Under the pieces are notes generated by a model. It worked only from the letters and a program-made list of their open reading frames with translations, did no database searches and was not told the DNA's origin. The translations under genes and the position numbers were made by a program. From the NCBI GenBank assembly GCA_018992685.1, contig JACVGT010000018.1, positions 1 to 64,000 of the forward strand: a stretch of DNA of 64,000 nt, read 5' to 3'. The stretch comes from Theionarchaea archaeon. Lineage in GTDB: Archaea > Methanobacteriota_B > Thermococci > Methanofastidiosales > SZ-28-30. This document shows, piece after piece, positions 39,809 to 50,641 of this stretch; within the stretch, counting starts at the first letter, position 1; the number at the start of each line of letters is the position of its first letter.

Positions 39809-41374
39809 TTACCCCGACACGATCTCAAAGAGCCCATATTTTCTTTCCAGCAATTTTAGGGAAAAGAATGCAATTATTCCGTAGGCCAATAACGCCAGGA
39901 GGATACTGTCAATACCATGAACCATGATTATAATCACCAGCAAAGGAGCAAACACCACACCCGTGAGGATCAGTCCTATGACCGCTGCCAACATTTGGCT
40001 CTCAGTCTGCGGAGGATAGTATAAGACCGCCACATTGCACAGTGTTGTTGCTATAATGCAAAACAAAGGGAGGAAGACCAGAGTAAACCAGAAAAGCTCA
40101 GCATCAGTCCCGCGCATGGGAAAGGCTAGAAAAGAGGTGATCAGGAAAGCATAGGACACTGCCATGGCAAGCACAGATGGGACAGCAATTTCAGACAAGA
40201 TGATTCTCCAATTGGACTCCGGTATAAGTTTTATAATCTCGACTCTTCGTATGTCTTCTCGGAGATCCCAGCGTAGGTTGTTTGCTGCTATCAAGGCCAG
40301 CGGAATCGAGAAGAACACACTGGACTCACCAAGGATGTATGAGTATATGAAATAAAAGGCCGCCAGGGCACTGACAGCTCCCAAGTTCCTGATATCTCTA
40401 AGAGCACTTGTCAGATTCTTCCAGATCAAAGCAGTAGATCCCACACCAAAAGGTCGAATCTTGAACATCTTTCTGGCAAAAGACTCAGAAACCACGACTT
40501 CTTTGGCGTACGCTTTTTTTCGCAGCGTCCATTGTTTTCTACTGATGGCTTCTGAAGCCTCATAGTAGTGGCTCTTAACAGAGAGGACTGCACCTAGTGT
40601 GACAGCATCGACAAAGAGTAATCCTAAGATTTTCGCTATGACAGAAAAAGATATTTTCCAGGCCAGGGCCACATCAGCAGCGAGAACAGCTGGCGCCATA
40701 GCTGCTCGCATAACAGTGGAGTTGAGAACAGACAGTGCTGCATCACTCAGCTCTGTCCCCCTTACCGTTTCCTGATACACTCCAGCCAGGAATAAACCAA
40801 CAACAACCAAACATGTCCCAATAACCACAGTCTTAAGACGAGAATACTTTAGCTCAGACAGATTCGAACCCAAGAGCACAATGAGCCAGCCCAGATTGAA
40901 GGCAAATACCATCAAGAGGGTAAGAGCTATCCATGAGAAGACCAGTCGGTGCCATACATTGAACATAAATGCAAAAGAGAAGACCCAGAAGAGGAATCCC
41001 CCCGACACGAAGGCCAGGGCTGCGTGGAGAGCATATTGTATTAATGTGCGGTTGAGTAGAATGGTCCGCCTGCTCAAAGGAGATGGGAATAGAAAATCGA
41101 TTTCAGGCAAAGAGAATACCAATGCGTTACCAGTTATAGAATAAAATACCAGCACCCACATTGTTATAGCCATGAAAGAAAAGAGAACCGGCTTGATGCT
41201 CAACGCTGTAAAGGGGGGCTCTGTGGGCGGAAGTCCCAGGGTGTATAATGTGAGAAGAGGAAAAGCAGCTATAACCCCAATAACGAGAAACGGAATCACC
41301 TGTTTGGGACTCTTTGCTGTGGATATGAACCTGTTCTTCACGAGGTGGAGTCCCAGGTACAGAAAGGCATTCAT
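39809..41374 (-). CDS. Putative ABC exporter permease
   Basis: Multi-TM; EIDFLFPSPLSRR motif; coupled to the ATPase gene. Confidence 0.85.
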   Translation of the reverse strand: MNAFLYLGLHLVKNRFISTAKSPKQVIPFLVIGVIAAFPLLTLYTLGLPPTEPPFTALSIKPVLFSFMAITMWVLVFYSITGNALVFSLPEIDFLFPSPLSRRTILLNRTLIQYALHAALAFVSGGFLFWVFSFAFMFNVWHRLVFSWIALTLLMVFAFNLGWLIVLLGSNLSELKYSRLKTVVIGTCLVVVGLFLAGVYQETVRGTELSDAALSVLNSTVMRAAMAPAVLAADVALAWKISFSVIAKILGLLFVDAVTLGAVLSVKSHYYEASEAISRKQWTLRKKAYAKEVVVSESFARKMFKIRPFGVGSTALIWKNLTSALRDIRNLGAVSALAAFYFIYSYILGESSVFFSIPLALIAANNLRWDLREDIRRVEIIKLIPESNWRIILSEIAVPSVLAMAVSYAFLITSFLAFPMRGTDAELFWFTLVFLPLFCIIATTLCNVAVLYYPPQTESQMLAAVIGLILTGVVFAPLLVIIIMVHGIDSILLALLAYGIIAFFSLKLLERKYGLFEIVSG

Positions 41375-42096
41375 TGGGGCTCCTCCGTGATCTTCAGAAA
41401 TACTTCTTCCAGTGAAGCATCTGAGGAGGCAAGTGCTGTCTTTCTGATTTCCTGTAGAGTACCTTCTGCAATTTTCTTCCCCTGATCAATGATCAGGATT
41501 CTGTTGCACAGTTCCTCCACCAGGTAAAGCATGTGTGAACTGATGAGTACGGTCTTTTTCTGGGCAGCTCTTTCAAGGAGTACATCTTTCAGGGTTCTGG
41601 CCCCTCTTGGGTCAATGCCAATCAAGGGTTCATCAAGCAGAAGGATCTTTGGATCGTGTACCAGCGCGCAACAGATAGTCAATTTTTGTTTCATTCCTTT
41701 GGACAAGGAATTGACTAGATCATTTCTCTTCTGAGAGAGCTCAAATAGATTCAGCAGCTCATCAATTTTAGAATCTGGATCAGGAACGGAATACAGCAAC
41801 GCAATAAATTTCATGTGCTCGTACACGGTGAGAATTTCGTATGGGTTGGGTGTCTCTGGCACAAAGGCCAGCAACCGTTTTGCTTCCTGCTCGTTCTCAA
41901 AAAGGTTGTAATCATCAATCATGATCAATCCTTCAGTGGGAAGAGCAACCCCACACAAACATTTCAGTGTGGTTGTCTTTCCTGCACCGTTGGGTCCCAC
42001 CAATCCAAAGATTTCTCCATCATGAATGGTGAAAGACAGATCATTGACCGCTGTCACTTTCTTGTACACTTTGGTCAGTCCTCTAACCTGGATCAT
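41371..42096 (-). CDS. ABC transporter ATP-binding protein
   Basis: GPNGAGKTT, LSKGMKQK, LLLDEP, SSH. Confidence 0.95.
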   Translation of the reverse strand: MIQVRGLTKVYKKVTAVNDLSFTIHDGEIFGLVGPNGAGKTTTLKCLCGVALPTEGLIMIDDYNLFENEQEAKRLLAFVPETPNPYEILTVYEHMKFIALLYSVPDPDSKIDELLNLFELSQKRNDLVNSLSKGMKQKLTICCALVHDPKILLLDEPLIGIDPRGARTLKDVLLERAAQKKTVLISSHMLYLVEELCNRILIIDQGKKIAEGTLQEIRKTALASSDASLEEVFLKITEEPQ

Positions 42097-42317
42097 GTAC
42101 AGGAATCAATAATCCTGTTTATATAGGTTTCTTAAAAGAGATGGAATGTGTGTAACTAGCAGAATCTTAAGATCAGGATGATGGATACTGTCAGAAGGTG
42201 TCATAATTCTATCGCACTGTGGTTTCACAATTCGTGACCTGTCAATCCTGTACCGCAGCAGGGCAGTTCTTTAGGGTTGGTCTCCTGGTAGTCAAGGGCT
42301 GAGGTGGCATCTCACTG

Positions 42318-43487
42318 CTAGAGTTCTTGCTGGATGATCTCTCTGAATGCTTTGACAAACACCACGTTATCGTGGTGATTCCCTACTGTTATCCTCAGCC
42401 ACCCGCCACATAATGGCCCCGCCAGCTGTTTTACCAGAATGTTCCTCTGAAGAAGTCCTTGGTACACGTCATTGCATCGTTCGTTCAGATTGACAGATAT
42501 AAAGTTTGTATGAGTCATATGTACATCAATCCCCATTGATTCTAGCTCTCTATACAGAAATTCCTTCTCTTCTTTCACATCCTGGATTATGGTCTGAGAA
42601 TATTCTATGTCATCAAGAGCTGCCAGTCCCGCAATGACAGCCAGGGAGCTCACAGAAAATGGCAGTCTCACCTTGGATAGTTGTTCAAGGTTTCGAGGCT
42701 GCGAGACCACATACCCCAACCGCAGTCCAGCCAGCCCGAATGCTTTTGAAAATGACCTGGTTATAATCAGGTTAGAATACTCATTCACTAATGGTACACT
42801 GGTAGTCTCTGCGAAGTCTGCATATACCTCATCAATCAACACAATGCTTTCCGGGGAAGCTTCCAATATTCTCAGGACCTCCCTCTCTTTGAGCAGTGTC
42901 CCTGTGGGGCTATCTGGGTTTACCAGAACTACGAGAGAAGCCCCCGATGCGATACAGTCCAGAAACTTGTCCAGTGGGAAAGAGAGGTCTTCACTGTATG
43001 GTATTTCATTAACTGATGCTTCCCGCAGTTGAGCCAGGATCTTCATCATTCCAAAAGTTGGAGAAGCCATGACCACTGTGTCCCCGCGATCCACATAGGC
43101 ATCCATGACACAGCGTATTCCTTCTTCAGCGCCATTGGTCAGGAAAACGAAATCAGGATTGATATGGTGATATTCAGCAATCTTGCAGGACAATATGTCA
43201 TAGTCCGGATAGCGGGAGACGTCACTCATCTCAAGTGAATGCAGGGCCTTCAAGACAAGGGGCGAACACCCCTTTGAACTTTCATTGAAATCCAGCAAAA
43301 CCTTGTTAGCTCTCGGTTCAGTTGAGATCTTGAATCGACTAACCTGTTCCACCCCTCTTCTCGGTTTCACGTGACCACTTTCTCTGCTCTCGGCATGCAC
43401 TATGGATTTCACCTCTGGGACTCCACCTGCAGCCTTTATCAATCCAGTCTTCGAAATGAAATGTCCTCGGTAATTCCGACCAGACAA
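42318..43487 (-). CDS. HisC/CobD-like PLP aminotransferase (start uncertain, probably ~43350)
   Basis: LDFNES, TNGAEEG, IDEVY and RSFSKAFGLAGLRLGY. Confidence 0.85.
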   Translation of the reverse strand: MSGRNYRGHFISKTGLIKAAGGVPEVKSIVHAESRESGHVKPRRGVEQVSRFKISTEPRANKVLLDFNESSKGCSPLVLKALHSLEMSDVSRYPDYDILSCKIAEYHHINPDFVFLTNGAEEGIRCVMDAYVDRGDTVVMASPTFGMMKILAQLREASVNEIPYSEDLSFPLDKFLDCIASGASLVVLVNPDSPTGTLLKEREVLRILEASPESIVLIDEVYADFAETTSVPLVNEYSNLIITRSFSKAFGLAGLRLGYVVSQPRNLEQLSKVRLPFSVSSLAVIAGLAALDDIEYSQTIIQDVKEEKEFLYRELESMGIDVHMTHTNFISVNLNERCNDVYQGLLQRNILVKQLAGPLCGGWLRITVGNHHDNVVFVKAFREIIQQEL

Positions 43488-43631
43488 AAATCAACGTGGA
43501 CCATCAGTTCCTGAGATGCACGTGGAGGCTGCTTTTTTTTCAGATGCTATTATGTCTTATCATTTTTCGCTAACAAGGTATATAAATGTTGTGAACGGTA
43601 TCTAGGTGAGAATCGGTCCAGCGTGAGACAT

Positions 43632-44222
43632 ATGAACGACATGATAGAAAGTCCAGACACCAAGAAAAAGAATAGAATTCCTCCCGGACAGAGAGTGACG
43701 GAGAAATGGCCTGTCCTTCAATACGGAAGTGTCTGCCACATAGACCCTGAAAAGTGGAGATTCACCTTGTCTGGACTCGTGGAGAAAGAGAGAACCCTCG
43801 GGATTGAGGAATTCATGTCCCTGCCCAGAGTAACAGTCTATTCAGACATTCACTGTGTCACAGGGTGGTCAAAGTTGGACAATGTGTGGGAAGGAGTAAG
43901 CACCAGTATCATCAAAAATCTGGTGACCATCTCCCCCGAGGCTCAGTATGTGATGGTCCATGCAGAGAACCGGTTCACTACCAATCTGACGCTATCTGAT
44001 TTCTTCGCAGAAGATGTGCTTTTCGCAATTAAGCACAATGGGAAGGAACTGACCCCTGACCACGGATATCCTGTGCGATTGGTGGTCCCCAGGTTGTATT
44101 TCTGGAAGAGCGCCAAATGGGTTACCGGTGTGGAGTTCATGGCAGAGGATAAGAGAGGATTCTGGGAATCTCATGGATATCACAACAGGGGTGATCCTTG
44201 GATGGAAGAGCGCTACAGCTAG
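43632..44222 (+). CDS. Sulfite-oxidase-like molybdopterin oxidoreductase (YuiH/MsrP-like)
   Basis: RIPPGQ, DIHCVTGWS, DHGYPVRLVVP, WKSAKW, GFWE..GYH. Confidence 0.92.
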   Translation: MNDMIESPDTKKKNRIPPGQRVTEKWPVLQYGSVCHIDPEKWRFTLSGLVEKERTLGIEEFMSLPRVTVYSDIHCVTGWSKLDNVWEGVSTSIIKNLVTISPEAQYVMVHAENRFTTNLTLSDFFAEDVLFAIKHNGKELTPDHGYPVRLVVPRLYFWKSAKWVTGVEFMAEDKRGFWESHGYHNRGDPWMEERYS

Positions 44223-44315
44223 GAGTGAAAGGTCGCATCTGAGAGGATCCTTCAGCGGAGGAGACAAGGATGGGCTGTCTATCATCCCCTCACATAGGGG
44301 AAAGGAGGAGAGAAG

Positions 44316-44936
44316 ATGAAACTAGAAAAGAAATATGATAATAACACTTTCGAGGCAAAGAAAGAGACCTCTGAACCTTTCACGATACCTACAAGAGGAA
44401 GGATCGGGAGACTGGCATCGAATATTGAGAAGATGGTTTCAAGAGATGTTGCTATCGCAGTGATGCAGGATGTCAATGAATTCCAGTCAGCGCCAACCAA
44501 TGCAGCGAAAGCATCCTGGCTGAAAAAAGCCATGGAAACTCTCGAAACTCTGGCAGGGAGAGAAACTACCATAAAGATCATGGAAGAGTGCGGAAGAAAA
44601 TGCTGTAGCAAGACATTAACGACACGTGCAAAGCAGATATTCAGCGAATCAGAATCTATTGAAGAATTCATTGAAACCATGAATAGGGCCCACCTGGGCG
44701 GAGGTCGACTCAGACTCCAGGGAGATACCATTACTGGGGGGTATAATCGCTGCTATTGCGGGCAGGTCAAGGAGACCAAGGATACCTTTCCCCTGACATA
44801 CTGTCACTGTTCTGTAGGATGGTATAAACAGCTCTTCGAGTCAGCCCTGGGCAGACCAGTGGATGTGGAACTGGTACAATCAATTGTGGCAGGCGCGAGA
44901 ACCTGTGAGTTTGTTATACATGTCGAGGAACAGTGA
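44316..44936 (+). CDS. DUF6144/V4R-like Cys-containing protein
   Basis: CGRKCC, RCYC, TYCHCSVGW, GARTCEF. Confidence 0.8.
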   Translation: MKLEKKYDNNTFEAKKETSEPFTIPTRGRIGRLASNIEKMVSRDVAIAVMQDVNEFQSAPTNAAKASWLKKAMETLETLAGRETTIKIMEECGRKCCSKTLTTRAKQIFSESESIEEFIETMNRAHLGGGRLRLQGDTITGGYNRCYCGQVKETKDTFPLTYCHCSVGWYKQLFESALGRPVDVELVQSIVAGARTCEFVIHVEEQ

Positions 44937-44966
44937 TAGGTGAAAGAATCAGATGTAGTTAGGTGA

Positions 44967-45530
44967 CTATTTCATCCCTAATTTTTCGTTTTTCTCCAAG
45001 ATAGTTATAAGTTCTTTAAGTCTTCTTTTCTGGGTCTCCTCCCTTTTTGCAGAGGCTACCCAGCCAAGGTACTGTCGCTTGTATCCTGGAGCAAGTGCGA
45101 CAAAGTTGTTCCAGGCCGTAGGATTGGTTTTCAAGGTTTCCTCAATGTAAGGAGGGACGAGAAATTCTTTCTCGGGTTCTGATCTGCCTTCGAGAATCGA
45201 TTCGTCGATTTTCTGCAATCCCGCATCTGTCATTTTTCCCTGGTCGATCATCTTTCTTATTCTGGTGATATTCGAAGGGGACCACTTGCTTGCATCCCGA
45301 CGTGGAGTAAATTTTCTGGCGAATTTCTCATCATCAATGCTCTTTATCGTGCTATCTATCCATCCAAAACATATAGCCTCTTCAACTGCATCGTTATAAG
45401 GGATCGTGGGTTTTCCAGTACGTTTCTTGTAAAAGAGTAGCCAGATTTCATTCTGTCTATTGTGATTTTCCTCCAGCCACGTTCGCCACTGGCTCCGGTT
45501 ACTTACATACAGAAATCCTGTTACTTCCAT
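44967..45530 (-). CDS. YdeI/OmpD-associated family protein
   Basis: VEEAICFGWIDS, FTPRR..SKWS..N, AKREETQKRR. Confidence 0.88.
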   Translation of the reverse strand: MEVTGFLYVSNRSQWRTWLEENHNRQNEIWLLFYKKRTGKPTIPYNDAVEEAICFGWIDSTIKSIDDEKFARKFTPRRDASKWSPSNITRIRKMIDQGKMTDAGLQKIDESILEGRSEPEKEFLVPPYIEETLKTNPTAWNNFVALAPGYKRQYLGWVASAKREETQKRRLKELITILEKNEKLGMK

Positions 45531-45617
45531 GACATTCCAGCCATTCAAGGTACTATAAAGATTTCGCACCTCCTGTTTTTCCAGGGTGTCTCACTCTCCT
45601 CTGAGAAGAGTTTTTCA

Positions 45618-46319
45618 TTACCACTTCGTGCTTATTATTACTCCCAGGTTTGTATGGTCAATGTCTGTGGCATGCAGCCTAATGCGATCTGAGATTACGT
45701 CAGTCTCGACTCTGAATCTGAACTTCGTGCGTTGACACTTGAGGAGCGGGCTGCTCTCAGTAATGAATTTGACTCCATTATCCACCTTCTCAAAGCGCCA
45801 CCCCCGTGGTGCCTCTCGGCCTTCAACGCTTTTCCAAGAGGGTGTCTGCACCTTAGGGAAGATCTCTATGTCATAGATCACAGCGGAGTAAGGTTCATTC
45901 TCGACATGAATATAAAGGTCGATCACGTTATCATCAGTGACAATAAACGATGAGCGGATCCCTGTAAGGATTTCCTTTGCCCCTTCTTCTGGTCTTTCTT
46001 CCTCCTCTTCTGGTTCTTCTTCCTCCTCTTCTGGCTCTTCAGGTTCTCCCGGTTTCTCTGGTCCTTTTTTCTTCTTCTCCTTCTTCTCCTTTTTCTCCTT
46101 CTTCTCCTTCTTCTCCTTTTTCTCTTTTTTCTCTTTTTTCTCTTTTTTCTCCTTCTTAGGATGTCCTGGGTGTTCTGGATGTCCTGGGTGTTCTGGATGT
46201 CCTGGGTGTTCTGGATGTCCTGGTTTTTCCGACTCACTCCCGCCTATTCTCTGGGCCAGACTTCTCAAGAATGCCAACACTGAATTCTCATTTTCTGTAA
46301 TACTATCACCTCCTCTCAC
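45618..46319 (-). CDS. Low-complexity protein: (PGHPEH)n, (KKE)n, acidic block, C-terminal globular domain; start possibly ATT 46301
   Basis: Continuous ORF; GGAGGTGA SD lies inside the annotated start. Confidence 0.7.
   Translation of the reverse strand: MRGGDSITENENSVLAFLRSLAQRIGGSESEKPGHPEHPGHPEHPGHPEHPGHPKKEKKEKKEKKEKKEKKEKKEKKEKKEKKKKGPEKPGEPEEPEEEEEEPEEEEERPEEGAKEILTGIRSSFIVTDDNVIDLYIHVENEPYSAVIYDIEIFPKVQTPSWKSVEGREAPRGWRFEKVDNGVKFITESSPLLKCQRTKFRFRVETDVISDRIRLHATDIDHTNLGVIISTKW
46066..46224 (-). repeat. 9-bp (KKE) and 18-bp (PGHPEH) coding tandem repeats
   Basis: GGATGTCCTGGGTGTTCT x3.5; about 9 degenerate 9-bp units. Confidence 0.9.
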
Positions 46320-46650
46320 GCTACTCCCTCAATACGTATGGATGCAACCTTTTTACATCTCACGATGGCTAACAATTGAAAAGCTCTGCTGTTTCAACAG
46401 GCTTTGCATCCCATCCAATTAATATGGTTTTAAGATATAAAAATCTTTCTTTTTGAAACGCTTGAGGCTCACACGTACCAGACTCCAGAATAGGAAAGAA
46501 TACTGCAGATGTAATTTATTCTGGATCTGAATGGGTGCTGCAGGAAGTCATCACGAGATTGAGACAGAATATTGATTTAACAGGAGATTTCTTTGCCCCA
46601 CCAAAAATAGAATCTAAATAAAAACAGCTTTTTGGACGCATTCAACCATG

Positions 46651-47685
46651 TCATTCATCCATGGATTTCTGATAAGTAGCCCTTCTTCTTACGGGACTGA
46701 ACCCCATGCGTTCATACAGACGCAGTGCTCCGCTGGGATTGTCTGCATCCACTCCCAGCACTGCCTCAATCATCCCTTCTTCTTTGAGCCGGCTGAGACT
46801 GCGGGCAATCAATGCTTTTGCCAGTCCTTTTCCTCTGTAAGGTTGCGCTACTGTTACGAACTCTACATGCCCCCTTCTGTGGTGGTATTCTTTGTTTTCT
46901 GCTTCATCAATGAAGTTCAGGATTGCGCCGGCCACCTTATTCTCAGCATCCCACGCCACCACCCAGAGGGCGGGATTAAAGGTGGAATCTCCCATCCATT
47001 CCTCGAACATCTCATCACGAAACCGTGAACCCTGCCACAGTTCTCTCAGAGACTGGCATGTGGCTCTCCAGATAGCCCAGTACTGGTCAGGACGAGCAGG
47101 GCAAACCTCAATTCCCTCGGGGAGAGGTGCATCAGGAATTGGCTCTGAAAGAGAACGTGCCATCCGGACCGAAAACCTCACAGGGGCATAGTTCTCGCTC
47201 TCAAGAAGTGATACCCAGTGGGTTTCAGTCTCTTGTGTCCATGCCTGAAAGAAATGAGGCTTTTCTATCAAGTGAGTCAATCTGATCTCCCGGCCTCTCT
47301 GTTCATTGTAGTGCACCATAGCTCTGCGAATCCCTTTTCCCCGCCATTCTGGCAGTAGATATGCAGCATGAGGGTAAACGCACACGTCCTCCAGATCTTC
47401 CCTCCAGACTTCCGTATATCCGATGACATCTCCATCCATCTCTACAAAGAGCATGTCAGTGTATGGATCAAAGTTGTAGAGATGGTTGAATCCGTTAGCA
47501 ATGTCCTCCACAGAGATAGAGAATTCAAGCCGGTCTTCATGCTTGCTTCCATTAAGAACGTTGACCATTGCCTTGTAGTCTTCTTTGCCCGTGAAGTGCC
47601 TGAAAGCCAACCCTGGGACAGGGGGTGCATCAGGTACTGTCATGTAGGGATCTGTTTCCATGGTAATTTTGCATTTCGGAACCAT
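46651..47685 (-). CDS. Tandem GNAT acetyltransferase
   Basis: PEWRGKGI and PYRGKGLA motifs; LGVDADNPSGALRLYERMGF. Confidence 0.9.
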   Translation of the reverse strand: MVPKCKITMETDPYMTVPDAPPVPGLAFRHFTGKEDYKAMVNVLNGSKHEDRLEFSISVEDIANGFNHLYNFDPYTDMLFVEMDGDVIGYTEVWREDLEDVCVYPHAAYLLPEWRGKGIRRAMVHYNEQRGREIRLTHLIEKPHFFQAWTQETETHWVSLLESENYAPVRFSVRMARSLSEPIPDAPLPEGIEVCPARPDQYWAIWRATCQSLRELWQGSRFRDEMFEEWMGDSTFNPALWVVAWDAENKVAGAILNFIDEAENKEYHHRRGHVEFVTVAQPYRGKGLAKALIARSLSRLKEEGMIEAVLGVDADNPSGALRLYERMGFSPVRRRATYQKSMDE

Positions 47686-47844
47686 ATATGGTTTATTGCT
47701 CAGTCCCGAAATGAGTCGTAACTGCAGAAGTTACTGATCGCTATTGCCAGAGCTGATAGCGTCATCAAATCACCCATGGCATCACCATGGCCTTTGTGAG
47801 GTTAGTTTTTATGGGAAAGGGGTTCAACCACTGAGAGGCTAACA

Positions 47845-48267
47845 ATGAATAATGCAACATTTGTGATCAGGGAGTTCCGTCCCCCGGATCAGGAAGATGT
47901 CATCAAATTGTGGGACAAATGCAGGTTGACTGTTCCCCAGAATGACCCCAGGACAGACATTGAAAAGAAAGTCCAGTTCCAGCCCCAGTGGTTCTTTGTT
48001 GGGATTCTTGATGGTAGACTCATATCCAGTATGATGGTGGGGTACGAAGGGCACAGAGGGTGGATCAACTATTTGGCTGTTCTCCCTGATTTTCAGAGGA
48101 GGGGATTCGGCAGGAAAATGATGGAGAAGGCAGAATTCGTTTTGAGAGAGGTGGGGTGTCCCAAGATTAACCTCCAAGTACGAAAGAGTAATACATCAGT
48201 GATTCAGTTTTATGAGGCGTGTGGGTATTCAGAGGATGCTGTGACCAGCCTGGGGAAGAGGTTATAA
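47845..48267 (+). CDS. GNAT acetyltransferase (YpeA-like)
   Basis: GYEGHRGWINYLAV, GCPKINLQVR. Confidence 0.92.
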   Translation: MNNATFVIREFRPPDQEDVIKLWDKCRLTVPQNDPRTDIEKKVQFQPQWFFVGILDGRLISSMMVGYEGHRGWINYLAVLPDFQRRGFGRKMMEKAEFVLREVGCPKINLQVRKSNTSVIQFYEACGYSEDAVTSLGKRL

Positions 48268-48301
48268 TAAATGTCAGGGGGCTGGCAGGAGAAGAGGTTA
48301 T

Positions 48302-50026
48302 ATGAAATCTGCTCAAGATCTTGGTAGAGAGCTCCAGAGAATCGCCGGAAGAGGATACAAAGCATACAGGAGCATACAGGGTGTATATGACTTTGCAAGG
48401 TATGTCCTCTTGATAGATTATGTCCAGGGAGATCCTTTTGCGTCTCCAAGTAGAATCAGGGTGCGAATCCCTCAACATGTGGCTCAATTTCCTGATAATA
48501 CATTCAACACAAAAAGCAGAGAAGTGGCCCTACGGGACTATGTAACCCGAGCATTTTATTCTGCTTCCAAGAAATTCTGTAGAGGGAGGCGTGGAACGGG
48601 CAAGAGTGGAATCATATCCATTGACCGGCCTGGCCAGGAAGTGCTGGAGAGAACCTCAGCATTCATCACGCCTGACTATGTGGAGATACGGTTTGTCATG
48701 GGTCTGCCTGCATTCGGCAGGAGAATTGCAGGAACCCATTGCCACGCCATGTTCTTTGAAGAACTTCCCAGAATAGTGGAATCCGTGCAGTTTGGTGCTC
48801 TGGATAGGGAAAGGCTGTATGAACATCTTTCCACTGTTGAGGATGCAGATTTTCTCAGGGACACGCTTTCTTGCATGGGGCTGGTGGGTTTTGTGGCTGA
48901 TGGTTCTGTTCTTCCTCGGGTCAGTGGTGTGGATCCACGACCTTTGACAGAGAAGGTGGTTCCTTTCAGGTCTCCGGATTCTCTGAGGAGAGAGGTTGAT
49001 CTACCGAACAAGGGTATAATTACAGGGATGGGGGTCCCTGAAGGGGTGACCTTGGTTGTGGGAGGAGGGTACCATGGGAAGTCCACACTCCTGAATGCCA
49101 TAGAGCTGGGTGTGTATGACCACATTCCAGGGGACGGGAGAGAGTTTGTGGTTTCCAATTTTGATACTGTCAAGATACGGGCCGAGGACGGGAGACGCAT
49201 TGAAAAAGTAGATATTTCCCCATTTATTGGTGATTTGCCTTTTGGACAGAGTACGAAATGTTTTTCAACAGAAAATGCATCTGGAAGTACGTCCCAAGCA
49301 GCCAATATCATGGAAGCACTGGAAGTGGGCGCCGAGGTTCTGATAATTGATGAGGATACGTCAGCCACCAATTTCATGATACGGGATCATAGAATGCAGG
49401 AACTGGTGTCGAAAGACAAAGAACCAATTACTCCCTTTATCGACAAGGTGGGGCAGTTACATGAGGACTATGGTGTATCGACCGTTTTGGTGATTGGTGG
49501 ATCGGGGGACTATTTTGATGTGGCAGACACAGTGATATGCATGGTTGAGTACGTGCCACAGGATGTGACGGACAAGGCACATGAGATTGCGGAGAGGTTT
49601 GAGGCTGAACGGATATCAGAGGGTGGCCAGAGATTCGGGGACATAACGGAGAGAATTCCCGTTAAGGAGAGTTTTGATGCCAGCAAAGGGAAAAGACAGG
49701 TGAAGATTTCTGCCAGAGGTATTGATACTATATTGTTCGGGATTCATGAGATTGATCTGCAAGATGTGGAGCAGTTGGTGGATGTGAGTCAGACGAGAGC
49801 AATTGGTGATGCGATCTACTATGCTACCCGGTATATGGACGGGGAGAGGACACTGAGAGATACTGTGGATGTTGTTTGCGAAGACGTACGAAAGAATCTT
49901 GATATTCTAAGTCCTGTAGCAGTGGGAAATTATGCAGCATTTAGAAGATTCGAACTTGTGGCTGCCATAAACAGATTGAGGACATTAAGAACGGCTCAGT
50001 CACGATGCAACGAAAGAAAATCTTGA
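48302..50026 (+). CDS. Predicted ABC-class ATPase (ABC_ATPase family)
   Basis: VQGDPFASPS, GGGYHGKST, ASGSTSQAA, IDEDTSATNFM. Confidence 0.9.
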   Translation: MKSAQDLGRELQRIAGRGYKAYRSIQGVYDFARYVLLIDYVQGDPFASPSRIRVRIPQHVAQFPDNTFNTKSREVALRDYVTRAFYSASKKFCRGRRGTGKSGIISIDRPGQEVLERTSAFITPDYVEIRFVMGLPAFGRRIAGTHCHAMFFEELPRIVESVQFGALDRERLYEHLSTVEDADFLRDTLSCMGLVGFVADGSVLPRVSGVDPRPLTEKVVPFRSPDSLRREVDLPNKGIITGMGVPEGVTLVVGGGYHGKSTLLNAIELGVYDHIPGDGREFVVSNFDTVKIRAEDGRRIEKVDISPFIGDLPFGQSTKCFSTENASGSTSQAANIMEALEVGAEVLIIDEDTSATNFMIRDHRMQELVSKDKEPITPFIDKVGQLHEDYGVSTVLVIGGSGDYFDVADTVICMVEYVPQDVTDKAHEIAERFEAERISEGGQRFGDITERIPVKESFDASKGKRQVKISARGIDTILFGIHEIDLQDVEQLVDVSQTRAIGDAIYYATRYMDGERTLRDTVDVVCEDVRKNLDILSPVAVGNYAAFRRFELVAAINRLRTLRTAQSRCNERKS

Positions 50027-50080
50027 GGTCATGAACAGGTTGTGGATGAACTGACTCTGAACAATGTTCTTGATCAGAGT

Positions 50081-50641
50081 CTACCCTTCTCTTGGTTTAC
50101 AAATGACCTCCAGAACCCTCGTGTCAAAGAAGTTTTGCGAATGTGAAGGCATCATAACAACTGCCGTATCAGCCCCCCGTCCTGTCCCTCCAATTACTAC
50201 AACCTCTTCTCCCGCAGGTGTCAACCCAGAATCCAATGCCATGACAGCAATCTCCACACACACCTTCATCCCCTGAGAAAACATTCGCAATGTATCAGCA
50301 ACTATATCGGAAAACGTCCCCGTACCATACCTGTTTCTCACTCCTCTATTCAATCCTGCCAGCAGGTGCGTGGTAGTAAGAATTTTTGCTCCCTTCTTCA
50401 TCAGTTCATCTCTGTCTGCTTCAAACTCATCTCCTCCTTCCTTTTTGAACCCCATAGAATGAGTCACACACACCACATAAACATCAGGATTCAACTCCAT
50501 GACCCTCTCAATCGTATAACCCGTGGTAGATGCAACTACCACATACCTAATATCCAACTCTTCAGCTCTCTTCAGAGCCAGGTCAATACATTTCTCAGTA
50601 TTGTCTCTTCCTATCTGGTCAAAATATTCTGCACTCATCAT
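50081..50641 (-). CDS. Pyruvate-kinase alpha/beta-domain-like conserved protein
   Basis: VVASTTG, QGMKVCVEIAVMALD, GGTGRGADTA. Confidence 0.85.
   Translation of the reverse strand: MMSAEYFDQIGRDNTEKCIDLALKRAEELDIRYVVVASTTGYTIERVMELNPDVYVVCVTHSMGFKKEGGDEFEADRDELMKKGAKILTTTHLLAGLNRGVRNRYGTGTFSDIVADTLRMFSQGMKVCVEIAVMALDSGLTPAGEEVVVIGGTGRGADTAVVMMPSHSQNFFDTRVLEVICKPREG

Noticed and set aside
45937-46422. Plus-strand ORF with (FFS)n and (GCPGCS)n as a Cys-rich precursor
   Set aside because: Antisense reading of the KKE and PGHPEH repeats; the minus-strand ORF has an SD and a globular domain
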